Of a stretch of DNA of 64,000 bases, positions 15,601-26,974 are shown piece after piece. The DNA comes from Trichoplax adhaerens (taxonomy: Eukaryota; Animalia; Placozoa). The stretch covers positions 2,642,152 to 2,706,151 of the forward strand of contig NW_002060944.1 of assembly GCF_000150275.1 (NCBI RefSeq), in the 5' to 3' direction. Made by a program: the position numbers and the translations under genes. Below the pieces are notes generated by a model, which was not told the DNA's origin, made no database searches, and saw only the letters and a list, made by a program, of their open reading frames with translations. Numbering within the stretch: position 1 is the stretch's first letter; every line of letters begins with the position of its first letter.

Positions 15601-15696
15601 GTAACTTTTCCTGAAGTAATCTAAATCAAACTCTTCCAAGTAGTTCAATAATTCCGATTCGTCTCTTCCAATAGTAATTTCATGCATCGTAGCCAT
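9672..15696 (-). CDS. TMC: Transmembrane channel-like (TMC) protein, paralog B, complete, about 19 coding exons
   Basis: Spliced translation contains IRGLPWPIDRKMEIL (15361-15206), WENRIKLIEG/HFGSIVSSFFTFLR (~14680-14306), YSFLFYGAY (~13920), FSWQLFTRWDYLI (~13600), the TMC signature CWETSVGQELMK (~12250), PEFELAKSVLQLIYSQGLAW/LGVFFAP (~11860-11660) and SPDCGPY (~11270). The terminal exon corresponds to ORF 9672-10280. Splice phases are compatible. Confidence 0.93.
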
Positions 15697-18600
15697 TTCT
15701 GTAGTAATTAAATTAAAATTCAACTTGTTGTTAGTAAAATAAAGCAACGATGAACATGCTGAGTGCGTAATGTATCATGAAGATAGAGCATTTTATAATT
15801 GAATTTGAATTATGGTATAGTCTGTGTCAAAAATTGATATTTATGGTGAAAAGTGATGAGCCAACAGCCTGGTCTGTTTTCCTGTAGCTGCTGTTCAATT
15901 GATACTAATAATCTTCCAGGGTTAAAAGTTGTAATAATTCCTTATTTCACCGTGCTATAGCGACTGCAAGTGATGTAGATTTTTTGTGGCTAAGTCTTGG
16001 TCCGCCCATACATTCGGTTATCCATTTACGTTGCATAAAAAGTTATTAGTAATCTCTTATGCAAAACAGCATATAAAAAATATACCCATTTCTAATAACG
16101 CTAATGCGTTATCAGCCCAAGTATCGCGAAGTGAAGTAATATTATTACATCTCGTAATTATTAAATACTCGTGCAATCCTGGTTACAATCGTTGGTAACT
16201 TATTTTGTGTTGTAGATGTGATAAATAAATATTAATTAGTGTTAAACCGGGTTTAACGTGACATTGAAGATCACTGCCAATTTTATGCCCACCACTAACA
16301 AAAACTTTCGCATCATTCGTGAATGTCGATTAAAGCAAATTATTTAATGTAATTTCGCGATATTGAATACTTTTTTGTTAATAATCTTGCGGTATAGCTA
16401 ATTATCCAACTTTATATGGCTCTATTCGTGGGATATTGCGGCTAAAAGTAACAACACGAGTATCGCATTAAGTCGTTCAAAATTTCGCTCGTACTATGGT
16501 TTGCTCTCAACACATATCGTAGCAAGCAAATTTTTTCTCAGTACCGGATTTACTCAGCCGCTGTGAACTGATTTCATTTCAATCCATAACAAACCTGCTT
16601 ATTCTGCTGATAGATACCGGAATGACTCAAGTTCTGTGTCATAAACGCTTAATATCTCATCGGACTGCACAACTTCGGTGTCCATAATGTAGCAGCTCAC
16701 TGACTATGATAGATTAAAAAAAATTGTAGAATTCGGATAAATGCTGCTAAAGTTAGTACATACAAGGGCAATGCTTCAGATTTGGCCATATGCTGCCAAA
16801 CTATGTTAAAAACCTAGTTGTAAATTACAATAAATTTGACCGACGGCAGTTTAGCTAATGTGAATGCAGTAGTTATAATCACGGCAAAACATAATTCAAA
16901 ACGCAACTAAGTACTGCTATAATAATATAATATAGTCAAAACTTTAAGAGTGTTGGCTTGAATATTGAGTGTATGTTCGTTCCATCCAATACTTTATAAT
17001 GTAATCGCCTTTATTGTGATCATCGTAGCGAAAAGAGACAGAGACACAGTTACTGACAATGGGCTTTTATCGCATTCACTGCAATACAAATAAAAATAGT
17101 CAGAAGGGAAACGACATATCCTAAAGCAATTCACAATTAGAAAGAAAGAAGGTATGAATATGCAAACGATAAATTGTTTCAATGAATTATAGTCATTGTT
17201 AGTGCACGGTAAGTAGTTAAAAGCACGGATTGATTTTAAAAAAATGAAAGTATCAAGTGCATTATTGTTTTCATAGATGAAATAATTACAAAGGGTTTTT
17301 TAATCTTTAGCCATTGCCATTAATTGTATCAATAGTATCCGTATAACTTATTTATAGTTAAGATCTACTATATTGGATTTATTCACGAGTATAAAGTGAA
17401 AACTGTAATAAACGGCTAATACTGAATAGCCCTCATATGGTATTACCTTTCTAATGGCTTGCAAGCATGAATGCCATGACTACAGCTTACAAACCTACAG
17501 TACAGGCTGCACAGCTATCCGATGACAATCTAGCATACTTACTGTACTCAAGAAGTTTCAAATATAATATCTATATGGCAAAAAAGTATGCCGCTTAATT
17601 ACACGCATTCCAATATTACTGTGGAAATGATCACCCATTGATGACAGAATTGCACCATGCTGATTCGGTACGTTAAGTAAATGAGCAGGATTAAAATAGA
17701 CGAAATGTGTACATGCCTGTGCAGTTAAGTGCTACAAAGGATAATTATATCAACTCTCTTGACAATAATCAACAAGCTAGTTAATTAACTGAATTTAGCG
17801 CTGTGCTCCATTGACTTCATGCTATGTTAAAATCTCCTTGCTTTCTGTGGTGTACCCTCTGCAGTACTTTACTGACATCTCGAACATTATGACATCGTTT
17901 TCAATGTTACATTTTCTGATGTGTGTCTTTCACATAGACGGTATAGATGTTTATTTAAGAACGGATTATATCATAGAAGTCATTTTAATATACAAATAGT
18001 GAATGGTCACCATTTTACTTTGGGAAGAGTCAACCTTTAACCGCAATTTTACTTGGTTACCCAAAGGGACAAAATATTGGCATGATGTATTGACTGCACG
18101 AACACTAACCTGATGTGGCGGCAGGCGAAACATTGTTATACACTGCCATTAGTAATGGATACGCAACAGATATAATTCAACGACAATATGGAAAGATTTT
18201 CTTCAAGATCTTGTTCTCTGTTAATTGACTGGAACTGAAAGGTTTCAAATATTTTTTTATTTATGAAATAAAAATAGATCCAGCTATGAAATAGTGTCAG
18301 GAAATGGAATATTGGTAAGTACTTTTTCTTATATGAAAAATATAAGGTAAGTAACATTTTTAAATGTCAATTACAGCAATGACGTAACTGTACTGTACCG
18401 ACCGATATACAGAAGGATGGGAACGAGCATGAAAGGCAATTAAGGTTAAAATAAAGCACTAGCGTTTTAACAGTAAATAAAATAAAATAAATGAAATGTT
18501 ATGTACACCCAAGTAGTAAGTTCAGTACATAAAATTCATGTTTATGTCTTCGGATAATAATTATCGTTCTCGATATTGATCAAATTAATAGTTACTATTT

Positions 18601-20943
18601 GCCATGTAAATGAAATGAATCAAATTGTAGAGTGCAGTTAAAATGGCGTGCAAATAAAATTTCTGTCTAATTGATGTTATGCTCAGTACACAGTCATCAT
18701 TATCGATGTAATATTTTGTCAGTGACCAATCGCACACTCATTCAGTCATACTGATTGCTACCACAGCACCACTAGACTCAGCATTTTAAAATGCATAATA
18801 ACAGCCAGTTGTAATTATTGAGCCGGTCTAAAAATAGTGCTATTATCTAGTATCATTTGATTTAAGCAATAGCGAATAAGTAGTTGAGGGAAGAACTAAA
18901 TTTCAGTGATGGTAGATATAATAGGAGCATGCCAGCCTGTAGTGCGATTGTTCAGTGAAGTTTCATCAGATGAAAAAATCAGAAATTGGTAAATCTTTCT
19001 TAGGCTATGTATGCTTCGTAACTTTTGAAAATTTCCGTTAGACTTTCTTACGAATAACTAAATAGTTAACTGCAAATTATGATTCAGTATGATGTGATTG
19101 ATAGGTGTAATACAGCGAATGGCTGGCTATATGGTAGCAAATGATATGTCGAGATTTACTAGTATATGTCTAATTATGTTTTCATCAGGCTGATTCTTTG
19201 TTGATTGTATATGACTATGCAATTAACATAGCTGGCTTGATATTATGAGTTTTTATTCATACCGGGCTACTAATAATAAATTAAAAGTTTAGTAAATTAA
19301 TTATCATACTTTATTTCGTAAACAGAAAATAACGGAAGATTTTTACTTGTACCAAGTGCCTAAGAAAATAATAAAAATAAGAGATACCTTACATTAATAC
19401 TCTATATTACGGTACTAAAGCGTTAATAGAACATGATTCTGATTAACCTATTGGAAACGTACAATAAACAGTTGAAATTTCAAATAGCAGAATGTCACTG
19501 TCAGTGTTAGCGATATATAGAATTAAAGTTTGTTGGAACCAGCTCGCATCTGCCTAATAAATATCTAACTGATTTTACTTACAATTGAACTTATTGCAAA
19601 ATTGATGAATCAGTCTCATCAATTGTTGTCTCGAAAGTATTTTATCTTGCTTGAAGGAAGTTTGTATTTGTAATTTTTTCTATTTATAATCAATTATCGT
19701 GAAAGTCTGTTACATTATCATTAGATATTGTAATAAAAATTCTATCGTAAATTTTCTATTAAGCTGTTTTAATTTTATTGAAGTCACTGTTATTAGCTAT
19801 ATTTTAGATCATGTCTCTGTAATATTTGCTTTGTAGACACCACATTAAAAGTTAAGACATGCCACTGATTTTATCCATCATATAAAGCTAAATATTCGAT
19901 GACTAAAAGTAGCTTATAAGTAAATCCTTATCTGATACTGCTATGAGATCAAATTTCTGAAGCTTCACAATCACTGTAATGGTATATTTTGCAATACTAT
20001 AGAATCAGTAAATGACCTCATAGAATGACCTCATAGAGGTCATTGCCATAAATCCATATTTTTTATGTTACATTCATAAGTAGAAAGGAGAGGAAAGTTA
20101 ACCATATTCTCTGTCCATAATTTAAGATCATTTACTTTGCATGTGATTGATTAGTCTTTATTCTTTTTAGAATTTTATGTATAATCTCATCAAATATTTT
20201 GATTAATTTAGTAATCAAATGCAGATAAGTATGCAAATAATTAAGAGCTCATGCGTACAAGTATGTGAACTGCTTAGATACTATAATGCCACATTATGAA
20301 CTTTAAATGTAAGTTTAGTTTAATTGTGATTGAAAAACTTTCAATAAATTGGTTCTACTAAATCATGTTCGCAGACATAATCTTTAAGGAAATTAAGTAT
20401 TGACACTATTATAATTATCATAAGGTAATCTCTCCATGTTAACTATTTTGAAGTAATACATCACTACAATGGAAATGAAATAACCTGCAATAAAGCTATA
20501 GATTGACCTCCGAGATATGATCTTAAAAGGCTTTTCTGCATCTTAAATATTTATTAATTGCAGGATGATATGATGGTACTGCCTTATATTACTTAAGGTA
20601 TGGCTAAAATAATATAATATGGAGGTATAACGCAGGTAATTGCCTAAATATCTTGCGTGATATTGGTGTGATTAAAGTCATTAATAAACAAATTATGTAT
20701 ACTTTGTAAGACGTATTATCAATCCAGAAAAAGTATTATAGTTGATATTTGCGTAATTTATACGTGACCGACATAATGTAATCTTCTACCAGGAAAGGTA
20801 ATACTTTATTGGTTTTATACCAGCAGTTAAAATATCCTAAGGACTCGGTTTGATGTACGTGTCCTGCAGTATTCTTAATTGGCTCTTCAGTGTATAATTT
20901 ACAATAGTTTAAAATCTTGAATTTTCGAAAGCATTAGTCTTTG

Positions 20944-21348
20944 ATGATAATGACATAGCTAATTTAGTTTATCCGCGGAATGAATATGTACTTTCGCGCC
21001 ACATTAAAATTACTTATTTTACATTTCATCATGCAATAACTATAGTACCGCACAATAGGCCAAAACAAATACATTAAGGACTAGTTTTTAATGATATTGA
21101 CGTAGCTAATTTAGTTTATCCACGCAATGAATATTAACTTTTGCACCACATTAAAATTACTTAATTTACATTATATCTTGCGATAACTATAGTACCATAT
21201 AATAGGCCAAAGCAAATACATTAAGGATTAGTTTTTAATGACGTTGACATTGCTAATTTAGTTTATCCACATTGAAATTACTTATTTTGCATTATATCAT
21301 GCGATAACTCTAGTACCGTAGCATAGACCAAAACAAATACTTAAAGGA
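20944..21348. repeat. Diverged tandem repeat, 147-bp unit, about 2.8 copies
   Basis: Units start at 20944, 21091 and 21238 (ATGAYRWTGAC...GCTAATTTAGTTTATCC...CCACATT.AAATTACTTA...TAGTACC...CCAAA.CAAATAC). The third copy has an internal deletion between two CCAC microhomologies. Confidence 0.9.
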
Positions 21349-22276
21349 TTATGAATGTTTCCTTTTACATAACTCAATTGTCTATCAGTATGCAAGTGTG
21401 CGCATTAAATCTTAATAGAATATCGGGTCGTTTATGCTGTAAGACATTCTATAAGATAAAGTATTTACCAAGGAGATAGTAGCCAAAATCCAAGAAACTC
21501 ATCTGCAGAGGTGATAGCTATGATGGAGGGTTCGAAGATTCAGCCGATGCGGACTTAGTAGTCATTCTCAGAAATTACGCAAGGGGTTTTAATGAAAGCA
21601 AAATACTTTATTGTTGATAGCAACGGAGGTACAATGCGGTAGTTATGGATTTAGCTTTTCAACCAACTTGAAATAAAATCATCACAAAACTAAGTGCAAC
21701 TAATTATTAACGAATAGGGCGACTAAGTCAGTCTTGAACAATGGTGCGTCGCAATTATATAATTTAGTCAGCAGTAACCTGCTGTTTTCTGAGTTTCATA
21801 AATGTCTATGTGTGCTGTCCCATTTTTAAATAGGTCTCCAAAATTATCATATTATCATGCAATATCGCCTTCTGTTATTGTATTATATCTTCCTCTGCTA
21901 TGTCGTTTCTCATGATGAATTACGTTTTATCGAATTACTGATACAACCTCTCCTATGGACAATTCATCAAGGGCCCTAAATAACTCATCATAAAAAGTTA
22001 CTGTACAATTTAAGACTTATTTACCGATTAACTACTCAAAAAATCAATGCTAAAAGAATGTAATGGATTTGAAGAAAATTATGTTTACTCAACGCTTAAA
22101 ATAGTTTTAGGCAAATTACAAATAGATGAATTCTATAATCAAGCAAACCTTGATTACGTTTTCCCTATTCATATAACTGCTGTACTATCTTCGTTGCTAA
22201 AGAAAAATTTAAGCAAATATTATGAGATGCAATAGATTATTTACTTTATGCATGGATTAACAATGTAATGCGATGA

Positions 22277-22284
22277 TATAAATA
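22277..22284 (+). promoter_or_regulatory. Candidate TATA box of serine protease 1
   Basis: TATAAATA about 55 bp upstream of a GTAAGT donor (~22337) whose likely acceptor (ATAG at 22533) lies just before the ATG. The paralog has the same layout (TATAAAA at 26820, GTGAGT donor at ~26858). Confidence 0.45.
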
Positions 22285-22534
22285 CCGTTGAAATTTGTAA
22301 CTATCCACATTCAACCCACCAAAATACGTTGTCAATGTAAGTATATTAAGTTGACGAGCTATTTATACTTCAAAAAAATATCTGTAAAGTACCACGAATT
22401 TTGAGTTTAAAGTAACTTAAAAGGCAAATCCAGAAATACTAATCAATCTAATTAAAACCTTAAATTGGCTTCACTAAAGTTCGAATAGCTATGATAACGA
22501 ATTTAATTTAAAATCTTTTACCGGAATATATAGT

Positions 22535-24533
22535 ATGAAGACCGCTATCATCTTTTGCACTTTGTTTGCCTTAACTCTCGCAGGTAAATTTCACGGAAAT
22601 CATAATATTCAAATAGTCGATAGTAAGATATTAAGGATCTAAGTTGTAATCTTTATGAAAACTGCTGCAGTACATCCATTTTCATTGTGTAAATCTGTAA
22701 TATTCCCTTCTAATTATATTTACGTGAAACGCCGACAGCTCCTCCAGTCCCTTTCGACTTGGAGGACTCACCTGAAGCTGGTTAGTTTGTCGATATAACA
22801 TTTTACGGTTGCTATGTAATCCTAATATAGATCCTTATACAACAGATTGATAGAATTTTTTATCAGTAATAGCTTATGGTTAGAATTGTTAATTAATTAA
22901 TTATTTATCAGCATTAAATCTCCTACAGTACTTGTTTATTAATTATTGAAGTTCAAACTGTCATTAAACATACTGGAACCGTTCGCTTTTCATATCAGTA
23001 AGCAAGTAAAAAAAATTAGCATGTTTTTAAATTAGTATTTTCCAGAGTTTGCCGCTATCTTCGCCGTTTATATGTTACAATAATTATCGCCATAAATATC
23101 TATTACCCCTAAATAAAATTATAAAGTTTAAGCCAGTCTACGATATGCTAGCTTTGAAGCAGTTAAATCTTTGCTGTTAACTGGCAGTGTTAATTCTAAC
23201 GTATCGACGTGACTATCATCATATTTTACCCTATCTACGAAGGCTATAACGGTAATAAAGTTTAAAACATGTACCGTTGTTGCAAATGTTCATTATTTGA
23301 TATAATGTAATAATCTTGAATTATACCGAAGTCGAAGTCAGGCCTAAGTTGATGACCTATCCTGCAAGGAAACGTGGAAGTGGTACAAACAAAATCGTGA
23401 ATGGCAACGTTGAAAATCGAGGTGATCATCCATACCAGATCTCTCTGCAAAGACGTGGCAGCAGCTGGTACCACACTTGCGGTGCTTCCATCATTAACAA
23501 CCGAGCTATTTTGACAGCCGCTCACTGCGTTGACAGTGGTTCCGCTTCAGAATATAGAGCAGTCGCTTGTGAATACAACTTGAAGAAATCGGATGGCGGT
23601 GAACAAACCATTGCTGTCAGCCAACTGTAGGAAAACGACATATGATATTTTAATGAACTTTGATTAGGTTTAATTTGAATACACCATTTAGTAATTTTAA
23701 GATGAATAATCCCTTAATATTATAATAAGTACCTTTCTTTGTTGTCATACTGCGTGCATAGTAATATTAGAAATCAATTGTGATAATAACATCTTCAATA
23801 TTTCCACAATATTGGGTATAAATAAATGCATAAACATAGGAAGTCATCTTCTATCATTTTGTATTTCACAGTATCATCCACGAACAGTGGAACCCAGCTG
23901 TAATCAACTATGATGTTGCAGTTGTAAAGTTGGCCTCGTCAATCACCTACAATTCCTATGCTGCTCCAGTCGTATTGGCTACAACCACGCCTAATGACGG
24001 TGTAGACAGTTGGGTTACCGGATGGGGAAGGACTCAATACGAACCCGCGGTAAGACCTGACATTTTACAAATTATGGCAACTGAAAGGGAAAGCGATTAC
24101 TGGGGAGATAGAGAGAGCAGTATCTACGATGAAAAAACTCAAGTCGCAAGTTACAATTATAACAAAGGCATCTGCATGGGAGACAGCGGTGGTCCACTCG
24201 TATACAAAAATGGCAACGTATTGACGCAATACGGTGTCTGCAGCTACGTCTTGACCCGTAAGTTCTAGTTCTTTATCAATTGCTACGTAACTATGCGATG
24301 AGAAAGTCACTGATATGATAACTCATAGACTACTTATTGTAATACGAATAATTAAATCGATTTCATAGCAGCTTATGAATTTTCTAATCGAAGTCTTGTA
24401 GTATGAAAGGGATATCCAGGCAAATTACTAACATAACACGTTTCAAAATTTTCTTACAGCCTGCGGCAGTAGCAAATCTGACTACTATGCACGAGTATCT
24501 TACTTCAGAAGTTGGATCCTAACCAGGGCCTAA
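22535..24533 (+). CDS. Secreted S1A (chymotrypsin-clan) serine protease, elastase-like S1 pocket, intact
   Basis: Exons 22535-22583 (signal peptide MKTAIIFCTLFALTLA), 22739-22780, ~23332-23626 (K-IVNG activation site, HPYQISLQ, HTCGASII, LTAAHC), 23872-24257 (NYDVA, VTGWG, GICMGDSGGP), 24460-24533 (PCGSSKSDYYARV...WI). Full His-Asp-Ser triad present. Confidence 0.93.
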
Positions 24534-26819
24534 ATTTGATCAAAGACACATACCGTGTAATTAGTTACATTAGTAAATTTTAGGTGACTTTAAACCTTCC
24601 TGTAGCATTTATGCAATACACAAATGATTTATTAGGTGGTATTGCTATAATTTCTTAGAAGAAAAAGACATCATATGGACTATGATCCGTTTGATTTCTA
24701 GAGTTAACTAGGAGTAAATCAGCTTGAAATCATAATAGATATCAGCAACGAGATTCTAGCTTAATAAAAGGCATATTTCAAAACTATTAAACATCTTGTT
24801 TCTTTTTGTGTGCTTTATCTGCTATCATTTATAATTAACTATTGCCGGCAATCTGAGCACCATTTTAAAAAAATTCTTCTTAACTAATAAAATAACCATA
24901 CGTATGTGGACTAAACTAGTAACAATAAATCATCTGCAGACATAGAAAATGTAGTATGTTATAGTGCATGTGTACATACTCTCTATTCAATCAGCCAATC
25001 TGTAAAATTGCTATGAACCAATCATGAAATAAAGATACAGTATCGATAATTCCAATAATATAACCCTTTAATGTGTCCATTATTTTTATAAAAGTTCGTA
25101 GGTGTCTAACTAAAGTGAATATTGATTTGGGTAATATAGCAATTCAATGTATAAGAGTTCACTGAGAGCAGCTTGCAAACGAATATACTCATAAGAAATG
25201 AGTAAGTATCTTTAATTCATCAAGTTTTCATCTTATGATATACTCGTAAGAATGATGTCTACGATCACGTATTGGCTGAAGATTGAATATGATAAAGCCA
25301 TATCATCAGTTTGAGACTAATATAGCAAGATACGCGTATAGTAAAAACTGGCAACTTATAACGAGCTAAAATGATCCTGCTTGATCTTATATACGTTATA
25401 CGCATATAACGTAAAATTTTATTGGTGGACTTGCAAGAAAATTGATGTCATTCGCAATAACTTTAATTAATTTATTTTCGCGGTTAATATACATTTACAT
25501 ATTTATCGTAGTTTATAAGCAACAACGTATAATTATGACTAGTTTGGAACTATGATATTTCTGCATGATCTACATTAAGGCATAATGCAAAATGTATAAA
25601 ACTATTTTCTACCACGCAATTTATTTACATATGTTCAGCAAAATAGAGAGAGGCTAAAGGTCATTAATTATGTTTAAAAACAAATTAATAACTATGCGTG
25701 ACCGATATTTGTTCTACTAAATCATATTGAAGGTCATCTTTGCTTTCTATGACTTATAACAATAACCTTAATGCAGATTTTACATATGACTGGTCGCTTG
25801 AAACCTGAAATACTATCCATAACCCGTATCTTTTGAGTGCTATCAAAAGGTCGAAAGCTAAATTTTTTTACCTTCAGCTTTTGAATATTTTAATTAGTTT
25901 GTTTCAATAATTTATCAAGAATTTAAATAGTATAATAGATATAATCCATTAAGTCTTTTATATTATGTAAATAGATACTAATGATCCGAATTGCTTGCAT
26001 AAATAGGACTTCAAATCATTGATATTATGCTATAGAACCTGGCCCGATTACAATATTTACTTTGCAATCCTTTTAGTTCTATTTGTGAGGGCGTATTTCC
26101 TTACTTACATTATTGAAATTCAAATGAGATAGTTCCATCCGTTCTGTAAATAGTTCATAACTTTATTAGTATTGACATAAATTACGATTTACTTAAACTA
26201 ATAATCTTAATTTTATCGACGTTGAGAAAAATCAGTTAAATCTCTATCTACATTACCAATATTCACATAATCACTCCTTAGTACTCTTCAAGATAAGACT
26301 GACATCTTAACGAAGTAGAATCCATAAGGTATCATTCAATATGACTAGCTGTTATTTTTACTGTTTTTGCTTAAAGTTATCGAAAAATGATTAATTGACA
26401 AAAATGATGTTATTACGTATAATATTCTTTTCTTTAACTTAATAAATTCTCTACTTACAGCGAAGCTAGATATGTTACTGATATCGTAGTAATAAGAGTA
26501 AAATTATATCTTCAGTAATACTCCACTGTAGATGGAATGATAAGACTAAAGACCAAAACTAGCAATGATATTTAATGTAATACTGCAATAAAGTATTAAA
26601 CTGAGAATTATCGACAGCTGATGGATAGTGCAACATAATCATGTTAATTATAACGTCTACGAACATTCTAACCATGTGCTCTTTGATAGCGAGATACGCA
26701 AGCATTTATCGCTCATTTGCCTAAAAAATTCGACATAAGTGAATCTCAATATGAAAACTGAGTAAAGATCTATTAGTATCTAATCCATTAGTTATCAATT
26801 TTTTTCTAAAAGCCGTCCA

Positions 26820-26826
26820 TATAAAA
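26820..26826 (+). promoter_or_regulatory. Candidate TATA box of serine protease 2
   Basis: TATAAAA followed by a short non-coding exon, GTGAGT donor (~26858) and CAATAG acceptor (26961) before the ATG at 26975; parallels the layout of protease 1. Confidence 0.4.
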
Positions 26827-26974
26827 TTTATAGCATTAGTAATAAAATACACATATGTGAGTATTTATATATATCCTATATACAGACTTAATTGTTCTAC
26901 GAGTATATAGTACAAAATTATGGAGACTAATCTGTTGTTAATCTTTCACTTAATTCAATAGGTACAGCTTAGAA

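Noticed and set aside
20944-21348. Repeat array as a CRISPR array
   Set aside because: Whole 147-bp units repeat with no unique spacers, there are no cas genes, and the context is eukaryotic.
21480-21620. Frame reading ICRGDSYDGG, resembling the protease GDSGG motif
   Set aside because: No other protease motifs nearby and the spacing is wrong; compatible with chance.
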